In this document: in pieces, positions 7,804-16,555 of the stretch
Layout: each line of letters opens with the position of its first letter
How positions within the stretch are numbered: the stretch's first letter is position 1
Assembly (NCBI GenBank): GCA_041176665.1
Contig: JBEDCT010000245.1
Coordinates: 1-30,935, forward strand
DNA: 30,935 nt
Source of the DNA: Bacteroidota bacterium
GTDB taxonomy: Bacteria; Bacteroidota; Bacteroidia; Flavobacteriales_D; Crocinitomicaceae
Direction of reading: 5' to 3'
Notes under the pieces: generated by a model
What the model was told of the DNA's origin: nothing
The model's input: the letters and a program-made list of their open reading frames with translations, nothing else
The model's database searches: none
Translations under genes and position numbers: made by a program

Positions 7804-8837
7804 CAGAGGAACAGGTTGTTGACCTCGAGAATGAAGAGGAAGAACTCTTCGAACACCACCGATTTAAAGCAGATCCAGGACAAGAAGCTATTCGAATTGA
7901 TAAATTTCTTATCGACCGAATGGCAAATACTTCTCGAAATAAAATCCAAGTGGCTGCAAAAAACGGAAACATTCTCGTCAATGCAACAAAAGTCAAACAG
8001 AATTACAAAATTAAGCCTGGCGATGAAGTTTCCATTGTACTTCCATATCCGGTTAGGGAGATTGAACTAATCCCTCAAGACATTCCGATTGAAGTCGCTT
8101 ACGAAGATGATGACTTACTAGTCGTGAATAAACCATCAAATATGGTTGTTCATCCGGGATATGGGAATTACTCTGGAACATTAGTGAATGCGTTAGTTTA
8201 TTACATTCAAAATTTACCATCACCTCCCAAAGACTATTACGGCAGACCAGGATTAGTCCATCGCATTGATAAACATACGACGGGATTACTGTTGATTGCA
8301 AAAACAGAAATAGCGTTAATTGAGCTAGCTAAACAATTTTACAACAGAACAACAGAGCGCCGTTATCACGCACTTGTTTGGGGAGATTTAGAGGCTGGAG
8401 GAACGATTGAAGGTCACATAGGCCGATCCTTGAAGAATCGAAAAGTAATGGCTGTTTATGCGGATGGAGCACATGGTAAATCAGCAATTACTCATTACAA
8501 AGTACTGGAACGATTTGGCTTGGTAACACTGATTGAGTGCAAACTAGAAACCGGACGCACGCATCAAATTCGGGCACATTTTCAATCCTTAGGACATCCA
8601 TTGTTTAATGATTTAGAATATGGAGGAAATAAAATCGTAAAAGGAACAAGGTCAGCAAGTTATGAACGCTTCGTTCAAAATTGTTTTGATTTACTACCTG
8701 GTCAGGCCTTACACGCAAAGACACTTGGATTTGTTCAGCCAACATCCCGGACTTATCTAGAGTTTGATTCTAAACTGCCTGAAGGCTTTGCAGAACTCGT
8801 AGAACGCTGGAGGAACTATTGTTCGGATTTTAAATAA
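7800..8837 (+). CDS. rluD: RluA family 23S rRNA pseudouridine synthase (RluD-like, with S4 domain)
   Basis: S4-like RIDKFL..SRNKIQ, VVNKPSNMVVHP, catalytic HRIDKHTTG, LETGRTHQIRAH and QALHA. ATGA overlap with the upstream stop. The family call is firmer than the rluD orthology. Confidence 0.85.
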   Translation: MTEEQVVDLENEEEELFEHHRFKADPGQEAIRIDKFLIDRMANTSRNKIQVAAKNGNILVNATKVKQNYKIKPGDEVSIVLPYPVREIELIPQDIPIEVAYEDDDLLVVNKPSNMVVHPGYGNYSGTLVNALVYYIQNLPSPPKDYYGRPGLVHRIDKHTTGLLLIAKTEIALIELAKQFYNRTTERRYHALVWGDLEAGGTIEGHIGRSLKNRKVMAVYADGAHGKSAITHYKVLERFGLVTLIECKLETGRTHQIRAHFQSLGHPLFNDLEYGGNKIVKGTRSASYERFVQNCFDLLPGQALHAKTLGFVQPTSRTYLEFDSKLPEGFAELVERWRNYCSDFK

Positions 8838-8845
8838 ATATTTCT

Positions 8846-8853
8846 TATTTTTG
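8846..8853 (+). promoter_or_regulatory. -7 promoter element for the OmpA-domain gene
   Basis: TATTTTTG just after the RluA stop and 38 nt before the ATG at 8892; -33 element weak. Confidence 0.5.
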
Positions 8854-8891
8854 CTTTCCTCGGATGTATGTCTGAGCCTAAACCACGCTTT

Positions 8892-11027
8892 ATGAAACAA
8901 TTTTTTATTTTAGCTTTTCTTACGCTTTCCTTTACGCAGGTTGCTTTTGGACAAATCGCACCAGAACCTAAATACATCAGAAAAGCAAATGACACGTATT
9001 ATTCAGGCAATTATTTTGAGGCAATAAAAGTTTGCCAAGATGCATATAAAACACTTGGTTACAAGGGTACTATCCGTCAGAAAGGCGAAATGGCTTACAA
9101 AATTGCTGACTCTTACCGTAATATGCAAGTGTATGATAAAGCGAACGAATGGTACGGTACATGTATTGAATTAAAGTATTTTGATGTTGTTCCAGAGGTA
9201 TATTTCTACCGTGGTGACATGCAACGAATGTTGAAAGAATACGATAATTCATTAAAAAGTTACCGTGAATACAAAAGAATCGCACCAAATTCTCGCACCA
9301 AAGAATTGGAATCAGCAATGGCAGCGATTGAAAAATACCGTGATTTTGAATCGGAAGAATCGAATTACGTGATTAAATGTGAAGAGAAAATCAACTCAAA
9401 ACAATATGACATGTCACCTTCTTTTGGAGACAAAAAAGGAAAAACGATTTACTTCGGAACAAGTAGAGATGAAGCTACAGGTGCTGATCGCGATCCAATT
9501 TCCGGTCAAAAATACATGGATATCTACAGTGCAGAATACGATGTAAATGGCAATCCAACAAATGTAAAATCAATTGACACCAAAGGCGTTGTGAATACCA
9601 CACAAAATGAAGGAACTGCGTGTTTCGATTCGAAAAAGAAGAAATTATATTTCACGCGATGTCCAAACGCTGAAAAGATGGATTTAGGTTGTGAAATTTG
9701 GACTGCTGACTTAAGTGGTGAAGATTTTGAAAATCCAATGAGAATTTCTTTGAAAATGAACGATACTGTTTCCGTTGGACATCCATGTTTGACACCTGAT
9801 GACATGATGTTGATTTTCGCTTCTGATATGACGCAAAGTGCAAACGGAGAAAAGAGTTTCGGTGGACGTGATTTGTGGTATGTAACTTATGACAAACGTT
9901 CTAAAATGTGGGACTCCGTTCCACACAACATGGGGGCAATGTTTAATTCAGCAGGTAACGAATTGTTTCCTTCTATTGGTCCAAAAGGACAACTTTATTT
10001 TGCGAGTGATGGTCTTCCAGGAATTGGAGGTTTAGATATCTTTGTTGCACAACGCGAAGGAGAAGAAAACAAGTGGTCTGGAACAAAAAACATGGGAGTT
10101 CCTTTCAATTCACAAGGTAATGATTATGGAATGTGTGACTTAGACGGAAGATCAGGATTCTTTACTTCGGAGCGTAAAACTTCATCTAGTAGCGAATACA
10201 CCTCTGATATCTGGAGTTATTCCATTCCACCTAATTTGTACGACCTTCGTGTGATTGTTTACGAGTCAGGTAAGAAAACGAAAAAGTTAGCTGGGGCGAA
10301 AGTAACAGTAACCGTTTCTGATGGTACTACTTGGGAAGGAACAACAGATGCTAGAGGAAAAGTAAGCTGGAATGAGAAAGCTGACAAAAAAAGCAGATGG
10401 ATTCTTGTCGGAAAAGATTACACCTTAAAAGCAGGGAAAGAAGGATACTACGAAGACAAACGTGGAGCTAAATTTAGTACTGTTGGACTAGATCAAAGTC
10501 AAACATTCATCCTAGAAATGCCCTTATTACCAATCGGTGAGATCCGCACGCCAGAAGTTCGTTACCCAGTTAGTCAATGGTCTTTCGTTAATGACGCGAC
10601 GTGTATGAGTTTAGACTCATTGAAATTCTTAGATAGTATGTTAAGAGAATATCCAAACATTACAATTGATTTATTCTCTCACACGGATGCACGCGACACA
10701 GACGTGAAAAACCAAGTTCTCTCTGAAAACCGTGCAAAAGCAGTATATAAATACCTTGTTGAACAAAAAGGATTGGATGCTCGTCGCATTCGTCCTGTTG
10801 GAAAAGGTGAAGCTGAGCCAGCAACATGGGAAGATGAAAATGGACAAAAAGTTATTTTAACGGAGGCTTACATCAACCAGTTTAAAACAAGCGATCCAGC
10901 TAAATTCCAGAAATTACATCAGATCAATCGTCGCACAACAGCGAAAATTACAGGAACAGATTTTAATCCTGCAACGGCGCCACCTGCGAATCCGGAATAT
11001 TCAGTGTTTAAAGCACTACCAAGATAA
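8892..11027 (+). CDS. PorE-like OmpA family protein (TPR, PD40 beta-propeller, carboxypeptidase-regulatory-like domain, OmpA_C)
   Basis: Start moved from 8868 to the ATG at 8892 (MKQFFILAFLTLSFTQVAFG|Q is a clean signal peptide). TPR-like N-region, PD40-like NEGTACFD, GHPCLT, NELFPS and YFASDGLPGIGGLDIF, then OmpA_C SHTDAR...LSENRAKAV...NRRT. Confidence 0.88.
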   Translation: MKQFFILAFLTLSFTQVAFGQIAPEPKYIRKANDTYYSGNYFEAIKVCQDAYKTLGYKGTIRQKGEMAYKIADSYRNMQVYDKANEWYGTCIELKYFDVVPEVYFYRGDMQRMLKEYDNSLKSYREYKRIAPNSRTKELESAMAAIEKYRDFESEESNYVIKCEEKINSKQYDMSPSFGDKKGKTIYFGTSRDEATGADRDPISGQKYMDIYSAEYDVNGNPTNVKSIDTKGVVNTTQNEGTACFDSKKKKLYFTRCPNAEKMDLGCEIWTADLSGEDFENPMRISLKMNDTVSVGHPCLTPDDMMLIFASDMTQSANGEKSFGGRDLWYVTYDKRSKMWDSVPHNMGAMFNSAGNELFPSIGPKGQLYFASDGLPGIGGLDIFVAQREGEENKWSGTKNMGVPFNSQGNDYGMCDLDGRSGFFTSERKTSSSSEYTSDIWSYSIPPNLYDLRVIVYESGKKTKKLAGAKVTVTVSDGTTWEGTTDARGKVSWNEKADKKSRWILVGKDYTLKAGKEGYYEDKRGAKFSTVGLDQSQTFILEMPLLPIGEIRTPEVRYPVSQWSFVNDATCMSLDSLKFLDSMLREYPNITIDLFSHTDARDTDVKNQVLSENRAKAVYKYLVEQKGLDARRIRPVGKGEAEPATWEDENGQKVILTEAYINQFKTSDPAKFQKLHQINRRTTAKITGTDFNPATAPPANPEYSVFKALPR

Positions 11028-11030
11028 GAG

Positions 11031-11058
11031 AAAGGCGTTCATTTGAACGCCTTTTTTT
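11031..11058 (+). terminator. Intrinsic terminator after the OmpA-domain gene
   Basis: AAAGGCGTTC-attt-GAACGCCTTT forms a perfect 10-bp stem; a T7 run covers 11052-11058. Confidence 0.9.
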
Positions 11059-11087
11059 GTAACTTCAAGTAATCAATTCAGGTTACT

Positions 11088-12173
11088 TTGCTCGAAATTC
11101 ACTTACAACAACTTTGGTCCGATAAGCGACTGCCTTTTCATGCCTTCCATTTAATGAATGGAAGTCCAGTAGAAATCTGTCAACCCGGCATATGGAACAA
11201 GGCAGGAAGCGGTCCTGATTTTCAGTTGGCTAAAATCCGTTTCGATGGATTAACTTGGTTCGGATCCGTAGAATTTCATTTGAAGTCTTCGGATTGGTAT
11301 AAACATCAACACCACACCGATCAAGCTTACGAAAATGTGATTTTGCATGTCGTTTATGAGTACGATCAACCCGTTTATTCAAATGACTGCTTGCTACCAA
11401 CCCTCGAATTAAAATCCTATTTGGTCGGTGAATTTAAATTTCCATCGAACTATAGTTGGAAAATCGATCCAGCGATTCATTGTAAACAGCGAATTAAGGA
11501 ATTTCAGCACCAATTTCACAGTATGCAACATGAAGCAATCAAAACTCGCTTAAAACGGAAGTATTACTTGGATTATACCATGGAATCAAACACATTTAAT
11601 AGTTATTCCATTATTTCAAAAGCATTTGGCACAAAAAGCAATAGTTTGTCCTTTGAACTGTTGACTCATCAAATCCCCCTGGCTCATCATTTTAATCATA
11701 CCGAACAGGAAATTCTTGACATTGTCTCAAAAAATGATCAAGGATGGAAAGGCCGAAACCTTCATTTGACTAGGAAACTTCAAGCAAGAATCACTTCATG
11801 GAACAAGTTTATCAGATGGTTTTTTAATAGAAACACGGTAAATTTATCTGAATTTGATTGGAAAGAGGGATTTGAACAAGCACAAATCAACAGTAAATTA
11901 CTCCGGAATAATCTATTAATCAACGCCAAAACATACCTAGACTTACATGCGTTTCGTTTGCAAAATAAAAAACAAAATGGCTTCGTTCATTCCATGAAAT
12001 TCTTGCAATCGCTTCCCCCAGAGTCCAATCGAATTACCTCAATTTGGAAAGCCGCTGGTATTGCGGCTAAAAATGCCCTTGAGTCACAAGCTAATCTCGA
12101 AATTTATCAGCAATTTTGTACCCGCAATAAATGCTTAAATTGTAGCGTTGGGCAACAAATAACGAAAAAATGA
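11088..12173 (+). CDS. DUF2851 family protein (appears shorter and divergent)
   Basis: TTG start. GPDF..AKI..DG.TW.GSVEFH.KSSDW.KH.H..D.AYENVILHVV signature, LLPTLEL, ESNRIT.IW, and C-terminal FCTRNKCLNCSVG. Confidence 0.85.
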   Translation: MLEIHLQQLWSDKRLPFHAFHLMNGSPVEICQPGIWNKAGSGPDFQLAKIRFDGLTWFGSVEFHLKSSDWYKHQHHTDQAYENVILHVVYEYDQPVYSNDCLLPTLELKSYLVGEFKFPSNYSWKIDPAIHCKQRIKEFQHQFHSMQHEAIKTRLKRKYYLDYTMESNTFNSYSIISKAFGTKSNSLSFELLTHQIPLAHHFNHTEQEILDIVSKNDQGWKGRNLHLTRKLQARITSWNKFIRWFFNRNTVNLSEFDWKEGFEQAQINSKLLRNNLLINAKTYLDLHAFRLQNKKQNGFVHSMKFLQSLPPESNRITSIWKAAGIAAKNALESQANLEIYQQFCTRNKCLNCSVGQQITKK

Positions 12174-12409
12174 GACGTCTTCTTCAGAAAATTATCTTTT
12201 TCTTTGAAATGCAATCCTTCGGAGTTTGTGAATGGTGGGCACGAAGACTGGGATTTAAAACAAGTAAAGTTCGTCTTGCTTTTATTTATGTTTCGTTTAT
12301 TGGACTCGGAACCCCAATCATTGTCTATTTGATCATGGCCTGGATACTAGAGCACAAACACTATTTTAAGCTCCAGCATAAACAGAAAAAATCTATTTGG
12401 GACTTATGA
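12170..12409 (+). CDS. Small PspC-domain membrane protein (Bacteroidota type)
   Basis: FGVCEWWARRLG...VRLAFIYVSF...PIIVYLIMAWIL matches the PspC pattern. ATGA overlaps at both ends. Confidence 0.8.
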   Translation: MRRLLQKIIFFFEMQSFGVCEWWARRLGFKTSKVRLAFIYVSFIGLGTPIIVYLIMAWILEHKHYFKLQHKQKKSIWDL

Positions 12410-13287
12410 GAATTCTCATCACTGGAAGTAATGGACTATTAGGACAAAAAATAGTGTCCCAGTTGCTTCAATCAAAGCGTATATTTTTAGCCACGTCATT
12501 AGGTCAAAATAGAAATCAAGATTGTCCGGATGAGTCTTATGCTCAAATGGATATCTGCAATGTGTCAGAAATTGCCGAAGTTTTTTTGGCGTTTCAACCG
12601 ACACATGTCATACACACTGCAGCTATGACCAATGTCGATACCTGTGAACTTGATCCTGAATCTTGTCAAAAGGTCAATGTGGATTCTGTGGCACTTCTTG
12701 CCGCTCAATGCCTGAAATCCAATTGCCATTTTCAATTGCTTTCTACGGATTTTGTATTTGACGGCCTGACGGGAAATTACGTAGAAACAGATTTGCCGAA
12801 TCCATTAAGTGTGTATGCAGATTCAAAAGTTCAAGCCGAGGTAATTACACAAAATGTAGCGGGTTTGAATTACTCCATCGTTCGCACCATCATTGTCTAT
12901 GGTACTGGAAATAACCTTTCGCGTTCGAACATTGTACTGTGGGCAAAAGAAGCGTTAAAAAACGGACAAGAATTAACCATAATTGATGATCAGTTTCGTG
13001 CGCCTACCTGGGCAGATGATCTTGCATGGGCGTGTATTCGTATCTGTGAATTGAATGAACAAGGAATTTATCACATTGCTGGACCCGAAACGATGTCCAT
13101 CTTTCACTTGGTTGAGCGCATTGCTAAATTTTACCAATTACCCATGAGTCAGGTGAAAAGAACAGACAGTTCTACCTTGAATCAAGCGGCGAAAAGACCA
13201 CCAAGAACAGGCTTTGATTTAACAAAAGCGAGGTCTATTTTAGGGTATTCACCGAAAAAACTCGAAGACACCCTCGATTTACTTTAA
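12406..13287 (+). CDS. dTDP-4-dehydrorhamnose reductase (RmlD/RfbD)-like SDR oxidoreductase
   Basis: Start moved to the ATG at 12406 (MRILITGSNGLLG, GxxGxxG). HTAAMTNVD.CE, STDFVFDG, catalytic YADSK (YxxxK), DQFRAPT and RP..TGFD. Confidence 0.85.
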   Translation: MRILITGSNGLLGQKIVSQLLQSKRIFLATSLGQNRNQDCPDESYAQMDICNVSEIAEVFLAFQPTHVIHTAAMTNVDTCELDPESCQKVNVDSVALLAAQCLKSNCHFQLLSTDFVFDGLTGNYVETDLPNPLSVYADSKVQAEVITQNVAGLNYSIVRTIIVYGTGNNLSRSNIVLWAKEALKNGQELTIIDDQFRAPTWADDLAWACIRICELNEQGIYHIAGPETMSIFHLVERIAKFYQLPMSQVKRTDSSTLNQAAKRPPRTGFDLTKARSILGYSPKKLEDTLDLL

Positions 13288-13331
13288 GGAAATAGGTTTT
13301 CTTCAATTCATCCGACGAAGATCTTTTATCT

Positions 13332-13362
13332 ATTGCTGTTTTCATTGAAAATGATATATTTG
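13332..13362 (+). promoter_or_regulatory. Promoter for the amino-acid permease gene(s)
   Basis: ATTG (13332-13335), N19, TATATTTG (13355-13362), ending 19 nt before the ATG at 13382. Confidence 0.7.
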
Positions 13363-13381
13363 TTTTCACTAAATTCATGCT

Positions 13382-14947
13382 ATGTCACTTTGGAGAAAAA
13401 AATCACTTGTAGATTTACTGGCGCAAGCCGAAAATAGTCAGATGAAACGCACCTTAGGTGCCGGCAGTCTAATTGCATTAGGAATCGGTGCCATCATTGG
13501 TGCTGGATTGTTCGTTCGTACAGCTGCAGCTGCATCAGAAGCTGCTGGATCAGGAGTAACGATTTCGTTTATTATTGCTGCGATCGGTTGTGCCTTGGCA
13601 GGACTTTGTTATGCGGAATTCGCATCCATGATTCCAATATCCGGAAGTGCTTACGCGTATTCCTTTGTTACAATGGGAGAATTAGTAGCGTGGATTATCG
13701 GTTGGTCCTTGATTATGGAATATGCCCTCGGTGCTGCAACTGTTTCCATCGCTTGGAGTGAATACCTCAATAACCTCCTCGGAAATGCCATACCGTATGA
13801 GTGGTGCCATTCACCATTCGAAAGCATGTACAAGGTTTCACAAGACGTGGTGGCACAAATTCAAGCCTTACCCGGACATTGGGAGGGGATTGAAAAAGGA
13901 ATTTTAAGTGCGGCTCAATACGAGAACTTGCCTGCGGATATTATGAGCAAAGTTTCCATTACAAGTGGATTTATCAATGCTCCGGCCTTAATTATTCTTT
14001 TGGCATTAACCTTATTATTGATCAAAGGAACAAAAGAATCTGCGACTGTCAATGCCATTATCGTTTTCGTTAAAGTGGCAATCGTTTTGGTATTTATCAT
14101 CATCGGATGGCAGTTTATTAAACCAGAAAATCACACTCCTTATTTAATTCCTGAAGGTACATTTGGTCACGAAGGATTCTTTAAATGGGGCTGGGGTGGC
14201 GTTCTTGGTGGAGCAGGGATTGTCTTCTTTGCATTTATTGGTTTTGATGCTGTAAGTACAACTGCACAAGAAGCGAAGAATCCAAAACGCGACATGCCGA
14301 TTGGAATTTTAGGATCATTGGCTATTTGTACAGTACTTTACATCCTTTTTGGACACGTATTAACAGGAGTTGCCAATTGGAGTGAGTTTGCTACAGCAGG
14401 TAAAGAAGCATCGGTTTCATACGCGATTAAAACGTATATGGCCGGATATGAATGGTTAGGAACTGGAGTTACTTTAGCTATTTTAGCCGGATTCTCTTCG
14501 GTGATTCTAGTAATGCTAATGGGACAAAGCCGTGTCTTCTTCTCGATGAGTCAAGATGGATTGATTCCAGCAGCTTTCGGGAAATTACACCCGAAATTCC
14601 AAACACCTTATATCGCTAACTGGATGTTGTTCATCTTCGTTGGTGCCTTCGCAGCGTTTGTACCAGGTAGCGTAGCGGGAGATTTAACTTCTTTCGGAAC
14701 CTTGTTTGCATTTATCCTCGTTTGTGTGGGAATTTTAATCATGCGCAAAAGCAATCCTGAATTAAAGCGCCCATTCAAAACGCCTTTGGTGCCATATGTG
14801 CCAGTTCTAGGTATTTTGGTGTGTACTGCTATGATTGTGTCTTTGGATTTCGCAACATTACAAGCAGCTGCCTTATGGATGGGGATTGGATTAATTATCT
14901 ATTTCACGTACAGCCGTAGAAATTCACATTTACACCCGAAAAAATAG
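13382..14947 (+). CDS. APC superfamily amino-acid permease (cationic amino-acid transporter-like)
   Basis: GIGAIIGAGLF, CYAEFASMIPISGSAY, FFAFIGFDAVSTTAQEAKNPKRDMP and GQSRVFFSMSQDGL; about 12-13 hydrophobic segments. Confidence 0.93.
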   Translation: MSLWRKKSLVDLLAQAENSQMKRTLGAGSLIALGIGAIIGAGLFVRTAAAASEAAGSGVTISFIIAAIGCALAGLCYAEFASMIPISGSAYAYSFVTMGELVAWIIGWSLIMEYALGAATVSIAWSEYLNNLLGNAIPYEWCHSPFESMYKVSQDVVAQIQALPGHWEGIEKGILSAAQYENLPADIMSKVSITSGFINAPALIILLALTLLLIKGTKESATVNAIIVFVKVAIVLVFIIIGWQFIKPENHTPYLIPEGTFGHEGFFKWGWGGVLGGAGIVFFAFIGFDAVSTTAQEAKNPKRDMPIGILGSLAICTVLYILFGHVLTGVANWSEFATAGKEASVSYAIKTYMAGYEWLGTGVTLAILAGFSSVILVMLMGQSRVFFSMSQDGLIPAAFGKLHPKFQTPYIANWMLFIFVGAFAAFVPGSVAGDLTSFGTLFAFILVCVGILIMRKSNPELKRPFKTPLVPYVPVLGILVCTAMIVSLDFATLQAAALWMGIGLIIYFTYSRRNSHLHPKK

Positions 14948-14977
14948 ACAAAATAGGGTCTTATTGATATGCTTTTG

Positions 14978-15009
14978 AAACTGTCTTCTCCTTAGGAGAG
15001 GACAGTTTT
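14978..15009 (+). terminator. Stem-loop between the two permease genes (terminator or mRNA-processing hairpin)
   Basis: AAACTGTCTTCTCC-tta-GGAGAGGACAGTTT is a 14-bp stem with one G:U pair, followed by TGTTTT. Confidence 0.7.
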
Positions 15010-15031
15010 GTTTTAACTAAACAAAACTACT

Positions 15032-16468
15032 ATGGAATCAAAATTAAAACAGTCACTCGGTCTATTAGATGCCACACTGTTAGTAGCGGGATCCATGATT
15101 GGTTCGGGAATATTCATTGTTACCGCTCCAATGATGCGCGATATTGGATCTGCTGCTTGGATGATTGTACTTTGGGTTCTGACTGGATTGATTACCATTT
15201 TTGCAGCGTTGAGCTACGGTGAATTAGCTGGAATGATGCCAAACGCAGGGGGACAATATGTGTACATTCAACGTGCATACGGAAAAATGATGTCCTTTCT
15301 CTACGGGTGGACAGTCTTCACAGTTATTCAAACAGGTGTAATTGCTGCAGTTGCCGTCGCTTTTGCCAAGTACGCAGGTGTTTTCTTCCCCGTTTTGAAT
15401 GATGTCTTTTTAGAATCATCTATTTTAAGTGTATCCTATGGACAATTAGTCGCGATTGGAAGTATTATGATTTTAACCATGCTTAATTCTAGAGGTGTTC
15501 AAAATGGTAAAATCCTTCAGTTGATTTTTACTGCTGCGAAGTTATTCGCCTTATTTGCGTTGATCGTTTTAGGTTTATTCATTGGATTAAAAACAGATGT
15601 TTTCACACAGAATTTTGATCACATGTGGGACGCGTACAAAACCATTCAATTGCCAAGTGGAGAGTTAGATACCATTCCATTATCTGGATTTGCATTAATG
15701 GGAGCATTAGGTGCAACAATCATCAATTCGTTGTTTTCTTCAGATGCATGGAATAATGTGACGTTTATTGCCGGAGAAATTAAAGACCCGAAAAAAAACA
15801 TCCCAAAAAGTCTATTTTTTGGAACGACTATCGTGACCGTAATTTACATTCTGGCCAATTTAGCGTATTTGGCACTTTTGCCTAAGGGAGGAGATCCTAT
15901 GGCTACAGATACTGTCGGTCAAGGCATCATGTTCGCAGCGAATGATCGAGTAGGAGCAGGCGCCGCATCCGTTATTTTCGGTGGATTAGGCATTACGATG
16001 ATGGCCGCATTAATTATGATCTCCACCTTCGGATGTAACAACGGACTTATTTTGGCGGGTTCACGTTTGTTTTATGCGATGTCCTCCGATGGCTTGTTCT
16101 TCAAACAAGCGAAAAAATTGAATCAATTCAACGTGCCAAGTGTGGCGATGTGGATTCAAGGAATATGGGCGAGTGTTTTGTGTTTATCGGGAAAATATGG
16201 TGACTTACTCGTGTATAGTACGTTTGCAAGCCTTTTGTTTTACATATTGACGATTTTCGGCATTTTCATTTTGCGTAAAAAAGAACCGGATACAGAACGA
16301 CCTTACAAAGCATTCGGATATCCGTTCATTCCGGCATTGTACATACTAGTTACCTTAGCGATTTGCATTGACTTGCTTGTCTATGATTTAAGAAATGCAG
16401 GAATGGGTTTACTTATCGTTCTTTTGGGAATCCCCATTTATTTCATCGCTGATAGAAAAAAGAGGTAA
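15032..16468 (+). CDS. APC superfamily amino-acid permease (L-type amino-acid transporter-like)
   Basis: GSMIGSGIF, SYGELAGMMPNAGGQYVY, DAWNNVTFIAGEIKDPKKNIP, GSRLFYAM and RPYKAFGYP. Confidence 0.93.
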   Translation: MESKLKQSLGLLDATLLVAGSMIGSGIFIVTAPMMRDIGSAAWMIVLWVLTGLITIFAALSYGELAGMMPNAGGQYVYIQRAYGKMMSFLYGWTVFTVIQTGVIAAVAVAFAKYAGVFFPVLNDVFLESSILSVSYGQLVAIGSIMILTMLNSRGVQNGKILQLIFTAAKLFALFALIVLGLFIGLKTDVFTQNFDHMWDAYKTIQLPSGELDTIPLSGFALMGALGATIINSLFSSDAWNNVTFIAGEIKDPKKNIPKSLFFGTTIVTVIYILANLAYLALLPKGGDPMATDTVGQGIMFAANDRVGAGAASVIFGGLGITMMAALIMISTFGCNNGLILAGSRLFYAMSSDGLFFKQAKKLNQFNVPSVAMWIQGIWASVLCLSGKYGDLLVYSTFASLLFYILTIFGIFILRKKEPDTERPYKAFGYPFIPALYILVTLAICIDLLVYDLRNAGMGLLIVLLGIPIYFIADRKKR

Positions 16469-16555
16469 CTGATATACTTTTTTGCCGTTTCCGTCGTTTA
16501 GGCTTTCGGGGAAAGATTACTTGAATAGTTTGTTTGACTTAAATTTTGAACGCAC

